Positions 9,115-17,414 of a DNA stretch of 60,116 nt are shown here, piece after piece. This stretch comes from Solirubrobacterales bacterium (lineage in GTDB: Bacteria > Actinomycetota > Thermoleophilia > Solirubrobacterales > Solirubrobacteraceae), in contig JAOPZM010000073.1 of assembly GCA_025964115.1 (NCBI GenBank), positions 1-60,116 of the forward strand, in the 5' to 3' direction. A model generated the notes under the pieces. That model had not been told where the DNA came from and searched no databases. It saw only the letters and a list, made by a program, of their open reading frames with translations. Position numbers and translations under genes: made by a program. How positions within the stretch are numbered: the stretch's first letter is position 1; each line of letters starts with the position of its first letter.

Positions 9115-11589
9115 ATGGCTGTGCGCGGAAGAGAGCGCGATGTGACCGACACCGACCCCATACCGCAACCGGCGCTGCTCGAGCTGCCACGGCGGGCCCG
9201 CACCAGCCGGATCGCTCGGCTGAGGCGGACGGCGCGGAATCGGCGAAGCGTATGGGCGGCGACCGTACTCGTCGTGGCCGCTGGCACCGTCGGGTCGGTG
9301 CTAGGGGCGCGCTCGGTCGCCGGCGCGGATGCCGAGAAGTCGCGGCTGGCGTTCCATCTCACATCGGACGAGATCGCCTCGACGCTCATGCTCGCGATCA
9401 AGCATGAGGAAGACCTCGTCGTAAGCACGAGCGCGTTCGTGGCCTCGAACGGCGACACGTCTCCGACCGGCTTCGACAAGTGGGTGGAATCGGTTCACGC
9501 CCTGCAGCGCTTCCCCGAGCTCCAGGACATCGGGCTCGTGGCGCGCGTTCCGGCTGGGCAGCTGGCTGCCTTCCAGCGGCGGATCACGGCCAACCCCCTA
9601 CGCCCTCTCGGGCTCTCCTCGCCCGGGCCGAAGGAACCCTTCCGGGTGATGCCGCCCAGGCCTCGTCCCTACTACTGCTTCGCGGTCGCCGGCCTGGCGA
9701 GGAGCCTCGCGAGCTATCTGCCGGCCGGCGTGGACTACTGCGCGCTGGCGAGCACGCTCGCTCCCACCAGAGACACCGGCCTCAGCAGCTACGCGCCGTT
9801 CGTCAACGGCACCGTCGCGACGCTGGGCGTCGAGACGCCCGTCTACAGAAGCGGCGTGGCGCCCGCGACGGTCGCCGAGCGCAGGCGAGACTTCGTCGGC
9901 TGGCTTGGCGAGCTGCTCGTGCCGGGGGTCGTGCTGCAGCGAGCGCTGCAGGGTCACCCGAACACGGCCGTGACGTTCCGCTATGGCAGTGGCTCAAGTC
10001 ATGTCGTCTTCAGCAGCGGCTCCGCCCCCCGCAACGCGCAGAGCGCACGGGTGGACCTCCACAACGGCTGGAGCGTGCAGAGCCTCGGCAGGGCAGTCGC
10101 GTCCGGCGTGTTCGCCAACGGCCGCGCGCTGACGGTGCTCATCGGCGGAATCCTGCTGAGCGTGCTGCTCGGCCTGCTGGTGTTGGTGCTCGGCACCGGC
10201 CGCACGCGCGCGCTGTCGCTCGTCGCGGAGAAGACCCGCGAGCTCTCCCACCTCGCACTCCATGACGCGCTGACCGGGCTCCCCAACCGGGCATTGGTGC
10301 TCGACCGAGCCGAGCAGATGCTCGCCCGGGCCGAACGGCAGCCGGGCAGCGTCGCCGGGGCGTTGTTCATCGACATCGACGGCTTCAAGCGCGTCAACGA
10401 CAAGCTCGGGCACGCGGTCGGAGACCAGTTGCTTCAGATCGTCGGCGAACGCCTCCAGAGCGTAGTGCGGGAACAGGACACCGTCGGCCGTCTAGGCGGA
10501 GACGAGTTCGTCGTGCTGGTCGAGTCGACCACGCGCGAGGGGCCGCTCGACCTTCCCGACCGCATCATCGAGGCGCTGCGGCAGCCGATCGATCTCGAAG
10601 GGCGCGGGAACACGCTGTCGTTCACGGCGAGCGTCGGCATCGCGGTGGGCCAGTACACGACCCCCGACGCGCTGCTGCGCGACGCGGACCTGGCGCTGTA
10701 CGCCGCCAAGGCCGCCGGAAAGGATCGCTACGCGCTCTTCGACGCGAGCATGAACGCAGTCGCGGAGGGACGGCTGGAGCTCGAAGGCGAGCTGGCCACG
10801 GCCCTTCGGGACGAGCAGTTCTTCCTGCACTACCAGCCGATCTTCGATCTGCCCGGTCGCACCGTCGTCGGCGTCGAGGCTCTCATCCGCTGGCGCCATC
10901 CCGAGCGCGGAGTCGTCCCCCCCGACGAGTTCATCCCGCTGAGCGAGGAGAGCGGGCTGATCCTGCCGATCGGTCGCTGGGTGCTCGGAGAGGCCTGCGG
11001 CCAGGCGGCGATGTGGCACGCGCACGGGCACCGCGTCTGCACCTTCGTCAACGTCTCGGCCCGCCAGCTCGCCCGGGAGGGCTTCACCGACGACGTCAGG
11101 CAGGCGCTCGAGAGCTCGGGACTCGAGCCCTCGCTGCTGGTGCTCGAGATCACCGAGACGACGCTGATGCGGGACGTCGCGGCCGCCGGCGAGCGGCTGG
11201 ACGAGATCAAGGCGCTCGGCGTGAGCGTCGCGATCGACGACTTCGGCACCGGCTACGCCTCGTTGTCGCACCTGCAGCGCATGCCGGTGGACATCCTCAA
11301 GATCGACCGTAGCTTCGTAGCCGCCCTGAGCGACACAGGGCAGGGCCGCGAGCTGCTCGAGGCGGTCCTCGGCGTCGGCCAGGCGCTGTCGCTCACGGTC
11401 GTCGCCGAGGGCGTCGAGACGCAGAGCCAGATGACGACGCTCCTGGAAATGGGCTGCCAGAGGGTGCAGGGCTTTCTCATGGGCAGGCCCTGCGCGCCCG
11501 AGGTCGTCGAGGACCTGTTCGCACCGCCGCGCCGGCAGGCGGCCGCATCGCTTGCGGGCGGCGCCGGTGCGACCGAGACGTCCACTTGA
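9115..11589 (+). CDS. Membrane-bound diguanylate cyclase/phosphodiesterase (CHASE-like sensor + GGDEF + EAL)
   Basis: Two TM segments flank an extracytoplasmic domain; HDALTGLPNR, DIDGFK, GGDEF, EALIRW, DDFGTGY; start may be GTG 9142. Confidence 0.92.
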   Translation: MAVRGRERDVTDTDPIPQPALLELPRRARTSRIARLRRTARNRRSVWAATVLVVAAGTVGSVLGARSVAGADAEKSRLAFHLTSDEIASTLMLAIKHEEDLVVSTSAFVASNGDTSPTGFDKWVESVHALQRFPELQDIGLVARVPAGQLAAFQRRITANPLRPLGLSSPGPKEPFRVMPPRPRPYYCFAVAGLARSLASYLPAGVDYCALASTLAPTRDTGLSSYAPFVNGTVATLGVETPVYRSGVAPATVAERRRDFVGWLGELLVPGVVLQRALQGHPNTAVTFRYGSGSSHVVFSSGSAPRNAQSARVDLHNGWSVQSLGRAVASGVFANGRALTVLIGGILLSVLLGLLVLVLGTGRTRALSLVAEKTRELSHLALHDALTGLPNRALVLDRAEQMLARAERQPGSVAGALFIDIDGFKRVNDKLGHAVGDQLLQIVGERLQSVVREQDTVGRLGGDEFVVLVESTTREGPLDLPDRIIEALRQPIDLEGRGNTLSFTASVGIAVGQYTTPDALLRDADLALYAAKAAGKDRYALFDASMNAVAEGRLELEGELATALRDEQFFLHYQPIFDLPGRTVVGVEALIRWRHPERGVVPPDEFIPLSEESGLILPIGRWVLGEACGQAAMWHAHGHRVCTFVNVSARQLAREGFTDDVRQALESSGLEPSLLVLEITETTLMRDVAAAGERLDEIKALGVSVAIDDFGTGYASLSHLQRMPVDILKIDRSFVAALSDTGQGRELLEAVLGVGQALSLTVVAEGVETQSQMTTLLEMGCQRVQGFLMGRPCAPEVVEDLFAPPRRQAAASLAGGAGATETST

Positions 11590-11599
11590 GCGGGGACGC

Positions 11600-12463
11600 T
11601 CAGGCCGTCAGCGGCTGATCCTCTCCGGCCCGCCCATCGATCTCCCGTAGGAGCCTCAGCGCGTTCTCGTCGCGCTCGGCGCGCGCGTCCGTGAGCGGGT
11701 TGAGCACGCCCCGCAGCACCGACATGAGCACCCAGCGACGCGGCCTCATGATGCGCGGCCGGCGGCGCTCGATCCCGCGCACGATCGCCTCGCCGGCCGT
11801 AGCCGGGGCCAGGCGCTTGTGCAGCGGCTTGGGGAACATGGCGAGCATCTCGTTTGCCAGCGGGTCGCGGTCGATCGCCCGATGGACCATCTCGGTGTCG
11901 ATGAAGCCGAAGTAGGCGACGCTCGCGCTGGCGCCGTGCGGAGCGAGCTCGAGGCGCAGCGCGCGCCCGAACTGCTCGACCGCAGCCTTGCTCATCGCGT
12001 AGGGGACGGCGCCGACCCCGTTCGTGAAGGCGTAGATCGATGAGATGACCACGACGTGGCCCCTGCGGCGGACGATCTCCGGCAACGCCGCGTCCACGGT
12101 CCGGCAGACGCCCATCAGGTTCACGTCGAGGACCCGCTCGAAGCTCTCCGAGGAGGTAGCCCGGAAGGTGGCGACCCGCGAGGCGACGCCGGCGTTCGCC
12201 ACGACGACGTCAAGGCCCCCGAACCGTTCAACCGCCGCGGCGACAACCCGCTGCATGGCGGCGCGGTCGGTCACGTCGCCGGCCAGCCCGAGCGCCCTGG
12301 AATCGTGCAGCTGCGCCGCGGCGCGAGCGCATGCCTCCTGATCAAGGTCGACGATCACCACCGAGGCTCCGCGCGAGATGAGCCTGCCTGCGGTGGCAAA
12401 GCCGATCCCGCGCGCAGCGCCGGTCACCAGAGCCACCTTCCCGGCGAGGTCGTAGCGCGCCAC
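11600..12463 (-). CDS. Short-chain dehydrogenase/reductase
   Basis: TGAARGIG, NAG, YAMSK; TAGAGT -10 box 7 nt before the GTG. Confidence 0.93.
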   Translation of the reverse strand: MARYDLAGKVALVTGAARGIGFATAGRLISRGASVVIVDLDQEACARAAAQLHDSRALGLAGDVTDRAAMQRVVAAAVERFGGLDVVVANAGVASRVATFRATSSESFERVLDVNLMGVCRTVDAALPEIVRRRGHVVVISSIYAFTNGVGAVPYAMSKAAVEQFGRALRLELAPHGASASVAYFGFIDTEMVHRAIDRDPLANEMLAMFPKPLHKRLAPATAGEAIVRGIERRRPRIMRPRRWVLMSVLRGVLNPLTDARAERDENALRLLREIDGRAGEDQPLTA

Positions 12464-12561
12464 GCACGAAACTCTAAGGGCATCCGCGCCCGCGAGGCGT
12501 CCGGCAGATCACGGGCCGTCCCCTGCCGGTCGACCCATGCGAGCTGGACATAGAGTCTTCG

Positions 12562-13734
12562 GTGCTCATGTCCGTCGCACACACACGCGTCGCGGTCATC
12601 GGAGGTGGCGTCGTGGGCTGCGCAGTCGCACACGCCCTGGCGCGGCGAGCCGTCGAGGCGGTGCTGCTCGAGGTCGAGGACGCGCTCGCGCTGGGCGCGA
12701 GCGGAGCCAACTCAGGGATCCTCCACACCGGCTTCGACTCGACCCCCGGCGAGCTCGAGACGACGCTCGTACTGCGATCGGCCCTGTTGCGAGAGCAGCT
12801 GCTCGGCGAGCTCGGTGTGAGGGTGGTGCGGTGTGGTGCGAGCCTCATGCCCCAGGGTGAGGACGAGCGGGCCGCGGTGGGAGGGATCGCCGAGCGTGCC
12901 CGCTCCAACGGTGTTGTGACGCAGCTTCGCGAGGACGGGTCGCTGACGGTGCCCGGCGAGGCCGTCACGGATCCCGTCGCGTTCGTTCATGCGCTCGCGG
13001 GCGCCGCACGTGCCGGGGGAGCCGAGCTCAGGCTCGGGGCGCAGGTTGGCGGCCTCTCGGGAGCGCCCGGCGGAGGGTTGATCGTCAGGTTGCAGACCGG
13101 GGAGCAGCTGCAAGTTCGCGCCGCGGTCAACTGCGCGGGGCTGTTCGCCGATGAGGTGGCCCGCCTGGCGGGGGAGGACCTGGTGCGCATCTACCCGCGA
13201 AAGGGCGAGTTCCTGGTCTTCTCCCCACCAGCGGGCGAGATGCTCGAGCGGATCCTGCTGCCGGTGCCGTCGGCTCTCGGGAAGGGCGTGCTCGTCTTCC
13301 CGACGGTCGACGGGGAGATCGTCGCCGGACCGACGGCCCGCGAGCGGGAGGACAAGCACGACTGGTCCGTGGAGCCCGACGCCCGCGAGCTGATCCTCGC
13401 GCGCGCGAGGCGAATGTACCCCGCGCTCGAGGACGCGAGGGAGGTTGGCGCCTACGCCGGGCTCCGCCCAGCCGGGCGGGAGGCCAACTACGTGATCGAG
13501 CCGTCGCGGACGCTGCCCGGCCTGGTGCACGTCGCGGCGATCCGCTCCACGGGACTGTCGGCGTCGCTGGGGATCGCGGAGCATGTCGTCGGCATGCTCG
13601 CCGCTCAGGGCACGATCGATCCGGGACCGCCGCGACCGCTGCCGGCCCCCGCACCGGCCACCTCCACGGAGCGGTGGTGGCAGCGCGCCGCGCTGCACCG
13701 CGAGCTGGCGGGCCGGGGCCAGGCCCCGATATGA
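12562..13734 (+). CDS. FAD-dependent oxidoreductase (GlpA/GlpO- or LhgO-like)
   Basis: VIGGGVVG, GASGANSGILHTG, VNCAGLFAD, YAGLRP; overlaps the FGGY kinase start. Confidence 0.85.
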   Translation: MLMSVAHTRVAVIGGGVVGCAVAHALARRAVEAVLLEVEDALALGASGANSGILHTGFDSTPGELETTLVLRSALLREQLLGELGVRVVRCGASLMPQGEDERAAVGGIAERARSNGVVTQLREDGSLTVPGEAVTDPVAFVHALAGAARAGGAELRLGAQVGGLSGAPGGGLIVRLQTGEQLQVRAAVNCAGLFADEVARLAGEDLVRIYPRKGEFLVFSPPAGEMLERILLPVPSALGKGVLVFPTVDGEIVAGPTAREREDKHDWSVEPDARELILARARRMYPALEDAREVGAYAGLRPAGREANYVIEPSRTLPGLVHVAAIRSTGLSASLGIAEHVVGMLAAQGTIDPGPPRPLPAPAPATSTERWWQRAALHRELAGRGQAPI

Positions 13735-15191
13735 GCTCGGCGCTGCTGCTCGGCATCGACGAGGGCACGACGGCGGTGAAGGCCGCGCTGTTCGATGACG
13801 AGTTGAGGGCTGTGGCCGAGGCTCGGCGACCGGTGCCCGTCAGCCGCCCGGGCCCCGGTATCGTCGAGCAGGATCCCGAGCTGATCCTCGACGCTGTCGT
13901 CGACGCGGTCGCGGAGGTGCTCGCGCAGGCCGGCGGGCGTGAAGTCCTCGCCGCCGGACTCGATCATCAGGGCGAGTCGGTGCTCGCCTGGGACGCCGAG
14001 AGTGGACGGCCGCTGACGCCCGTGATCGTCTGGCAGGACAAGCGCCACGAACCGCTTCTCGCCCGGCTCGACGAGCATTCCGTGGAGCGCTCGGGTCTGC
14101 CGCTGGACCCCTACTTCTCGGCCGGCAGGCTCGGCTGGCTGCTCGATCGCGACGTGGCGGTCGGGCGTGCGCGGGATGGCGGGTCGCTGCGCCTTGGAAC
14201 GGTCGACGCCTTCCTGACCGACCGCCTGGCAGGACGCTTCGCGACGGACCTCTCGACGGCTTCGCGCACCCAGCTACTCGCCGTCGGCGGGCGCGATTGG
14301 GACGAGCAGCTGCTGAGGACGTTCGGCCTGCGGCGAGAGTGGCTGCCGGCCCTGGGAGCGACGTTCGGGCCACTGGGAGAGCTGCGCTGCGAGCGCTGGC
14401 CGGTGGCCATCCCGCTCACCGCTCAGCTCGTGGACCAGCAGGCGGCCCTCGCCGGCTCGGGCGCGGTGCGGCCGGGCGAGCTCAAGGCCACCTACGGCAC
14501 CGGCGTGTTCGTCCTCGGACGCACCGCCGGGCCCACCCGCGCGAGCGGCCTGCTGCCGACCGTCGCCTGGGCCTCCTCGGAGGACGGCGGCGTGGGCGAG
14601 ATCGCCCATGCTCTCGACGGTGGCGTGTTCGCCGCCGGATCGCTGCTCGACTGGCTCGCGGAGGGGCTCGGGCTGGCGCAGGACGCACCCGCGTTGGCGG
14701 CAGCCGCCGCAACCGTGCAGGACAGCGGCGGGGTGATGATCCTCCCAGCGCTCGCGGGGCTGGGCGCTCCCTGGTGGCGTCCCACAGCCCACGGAGTGAT
14801 CGCCGGCCTGACCGCGGCGGCGAGCGCGGCGCACCTCGCGCGGGCGGCGCTCGAGGCGATCGCCTGGCGTGTCGCGGACATCGTCGGGGCGGTGTCGGAG
14901 ATCGTGCCGGTCGGTGGCCTGCGCGTCGACGGCGGGCTGACGAGCGACGAGACGCTGCTTCAGATCCAGGCAGATGCCCTGGGCCTGCCGCTCAGCGTCG
15001 GCCGCGTCGACGCGACCGTCCTCGGAGCCGCGATGCTGGCCGGCGTCGGCGTCGGGCTGTTCGCGAGCGTCGAGGAGGCGGCGGAGCGGCTGCCGCAGGG
15101 ACGCGTCGTCACACCGCTCATGGATCCCGGCGAGCGCTCGCGCCGGCGGGAGCTGTGGCGGGCCTTCGTGCAGGCCAGCGCGGAGCTGTAG
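13731..15191 (+). CDS. FGGY-family carbohydrate kinase (glycerol kinase-like)
   Basis: GIDEGTT, IVWQDKR, DPYFSA, STASRT, DQQAAL, KATYGTG, LRVDGG; ATG overlaps the upstream stop. Confidence 0.88.
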   Translation: MSSALLLGIDEGTTAVKAALFDDELRAVAEARRPVPVSRPGPGIVEQDPELILDAVVDAVAEVLAQAGGREVLAAGLDHQGESVLAWDAESGRPLTPVIVWQDKRHEPLLARLDEHSVERSGLPLDPYFSAGRLGWLLDRDVAVGRARDGGSLRLGTVDAFLTDRLAGRFATDLSTASRTQLLAVGGRDWDEQLLRTFGLRREWLPALGATFGPLGELRCERWPVAIPLTAQLVDQQAALAGSGAVRPGELKATYGTGVFVLGRTAGPTRASGLLPTVAWASSEDGGVGEIAHALDGGVFAAGSLLDWLAEGLGLAQDAPALAAAAATVQDSGGVMILPALAGLGAPWWRPTAHGVIAGLTAAASAAHLARAALEAIAWRVADIVGAVSEIVPVGGLRVDGGLTSDETLLQIQADALGLPLSVGRVDATVLGAAMLAGVGVGLFASVEEAAERLPQGRVVTPLMDPGERSRRRELWRAFVQASAEL

Positions 15192-15193
15192 GG

Positions 15194-16435
15194 CTACTCC
15201 AGGTCCACGTCGTAGCCGGCGCTTCGCAACGAGGCGAGCACGTCATCGGTATGCCCACGGCCGCGCGTCTCGAGCGTCAGCTCCACGCCGGTCTCGCGCA
15301 CGTGCAGGCGCACCGCTTCACGGACGTGCTCGACGCTGACCACGTTGGCGCGCGCGCGAGCGACGAGATTCAGCAGCTCGGCCAGGCCACCGGGGCGGTC
15401 GGGGACGCGTGTGAAGATGCGCACGCGGCGGCCCTCCTCGGTTTCATGACGGAGCAGCAGCCCAGCCAGCAGCCCGCTGTCGACGTTGCCTCCAGAGACG
15501 ATCGCGACGGTACGACCCTCGACAGGCTCGAGCCGCCCGCTCAACAGGGCTGCGACGGCGACGGCGCCCGCGCCCTCTGCGATCAGCTTCGCGCGCTCGG
15601 CCAGGAAGACCATCGCTTCGGCTATCTCGTCCTCGGCGACTGTCACGAGCGAGTGAAGCAGCTCGCGCAGAAGCACGAGCGTCAGCTCTCCGGGTCGCTT
15701 GATCGCGATGCCATCGGCGATCGTGGCGCCCGTCGCCGCTTCGAAGCCGGTGCCGCGAGAGGGGTCCTCCAGCGCCTCCGCATATGGGGCGCAAGCGCTC
15801 GCCTGGACTCCAACGACCTGTACGTCCGCGCCAGCGCGGCGCAGCGCGATGCCGACGCCGCTCGCGAGGCCGCCGCCGCCGACGGGCACCACGACGCGGG
15901 CGAGGTCGGGAACGTCCTCGAGCAGCTCGAGCCCGAGCGTGGCCTGACCGGCGATCACGTCGAGGTCGTCGAAGGGATGCACGAACGCCGCGCCGCTCGT
16001 CCTCCCGCGCTCGGCCGCGAGCGCCAGCGCCTCCTCCACGGAACCGCCCTCCAGCTCGACCCGTGCCCCGAGCCGCTGCACGGCCGCCACCTTGGAGACG
16101 GGTGCGTCGCGGGGCATGAAGACCTCACAGCCGACCCCCCTCACTCGGGCTGCCTGAGCGACCGCGCGACCGTGATTGCCCGCGCTCGCGGTCACCAGAC
16201 CGGCGTCGGCGCGCCGGCCGAGCGCCGCGACCTTGTGCAGCGCGCCGCGCAGCTTGAACGATCCCGTCACCTGCAGGCACTCCGCCTTGAGCGCCACTGG
16301 AGCGCCGGACGCCTCTGTGAGGTCCGAGCAGGAGATCGTCGGAGTTCGCACTGCGACGTCCCGGATCGCCCGCCGGGCGCCGTCCAGGTCCGCGGCGGCG
16401 ATGAGTGCGGCGGCCGTTTGCTCCTTCCGGGTCAC
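15194..16435 (-). CDS. ilvA: Threonine ammonia-lyase with C-terminal ACT domain
   Basis: KAECLQVTGSFKLRG, ASAGNHG, VGGGGL, SGGNVD, PDRPGGL. Confidence 0.92.
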   Translation of the reverse strand: MTRKEQTAAALIAAADLDGARRAIRDVAVRTPTISCSDLTEASGAPVALKAECLQVTGSFKLRGALHKVAALGRRADAGLVTASAGNHGRAVAQAARVRGVGCEVFMPRDAPVSKVAAVQRLGARVELEGGSVEEALALAAERGRTSGAAFVHPFDDLDVIAGQATLGLELLEDVPDLARVVVPVGGGGLASGVGIALRRAGADVQVVGVQASACAPYAEALEDPSRGTGFEAATGATIADGIAIKRPGELTLVLLRELLHSLVTVAEDEIAEAMVFLAERAKLIAEGAGAVAVAALLSGRLEPVEGRTVAIVSGGNVDSGLLAGLLLRHETEEGRRVRIFTRVPDRPGGLAELLNLVARARANVVSVEHVREAVRLHVRETGVELTLETRGRGHTDDVLASLRSAGYDVDLE

Positions 16436-16487
16436 AGCTGGTGAAGGTATAGGTTGTGCTCCTTATCGTGCAACGAACGTTGGAGCG

Positions 16488-17414
16488 GTGGGCGAGCTAA
16501 ACGACATCCTGCAGCGCCTCGAACCGACGCTCGGCCCGCTCTCTGGACAGCCGTCCGAGCTCGGTGGAGGCATCACCAACCGCAACTTCCGAGTGACGCT
16601 GGGCGGCGATGACTACGTGATCCGAAGGCCGGGCAAGGACACAGACCTCCTGGGCATCGACCGTGAGGCCGAGCGCTTGGCGACCGAAACGGCCGCTCGC
16701 CTGGCCATCGCTCCGGGGGTCGCCGCGGCACTCGACGATTGCCTGGTGACGCGCTTCATCGCCTGCCGCTCGCCGAGCGCTCACGAGCTCGACACGCGAG
16801 TGGAGGAGATCGCGGGCGCGCTGCGCAGCTTCCACGAGTCGGCGATCGTGCTTCATGCGAGCTTCTGGGTCCCCGACCTGCTCGACCGATACGCAGCGAT
16901 CGTGCGCGAGCGCGGCGGGGAGCTGCCGGCGCCCTACCTGCAGGCGGCGGCCGTAGCGGCGCGAATCGAGGCGGCCCTGCCGCTCGCACGCCGCTACCCG
17001 TGTCACAACGACCTACTCCCCGGCAACATCATCTTCGCGCGGCAGGACGCGCGCATCCTGATCGTCGACTGGGAGTACGCCGGCATGGGCGATCCCCGCT
17101 TCGACCTCGGCAATCTATCTATCAACAACCGCTTCGACGAGGCCACCGACGAGCGGCTCCTCACCGCCTACTACGGGACGCCGCCGACGGACGGCGCGCG
17201 TGCCGCGCTGAAGCTGATGCGCGTGATGTCCGATGCCCGCGAGGCCGCCTGGGGCATCGTGCAGCGCGAGGTCTCAGAGCTCGATTTCGACTTCGAGAGC
17301 TACGGGAGCGAGCACTTCCAGCGACTGCAGAGCGCCGTCGCGCAGCAGAATTTCGACGACTGGCTCGCCTGGGCCGAGAGCGAGGCGAGACCGCACAGTG
17401 GCCAGAGCGCGTGA
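16488..17414 (+). CDS. Choline/ethanolamine kinase-like phosphotransferase
   Basis: GGGITNRN, CHNDLLPGN, IVDWEYAGMGD; GTG 16488 chosen as start. Confidence 0.85.
   Translation: MGELNDILQRLEPTLGPLSGQPSELGGGITNRNFRVTLGGDDYVIRRPGKDTDLLGIDREAERLATETAARLAIAPGVAAALDDCLVTRFIACRSPSAHELDTRVEEIAGALRSFHESAIVLHASFWVPDLLDRYAAIVRERGGELPAPYLQAAAVAARIEAALPLARRYPCHNDLLPGNIIFARQDARILIVDWEYAGMGDPRFDLGNLSINNRFDEATDERLLTAYYGTPPTDGARAALKLMRVMSDAREAAWGIVQREVSELDFDFESYGSEHFQRLQSAVAQQNFDDWLAWAESEARPHSGQSA

Noticed and set aside
14297-16444. 715-aa plus-strand ORF and many similar long Arg/Ala/Pro-rich ORFs
   Set aside because: Shadow frames of real genes in high-GC DNA; no recognisable motifs
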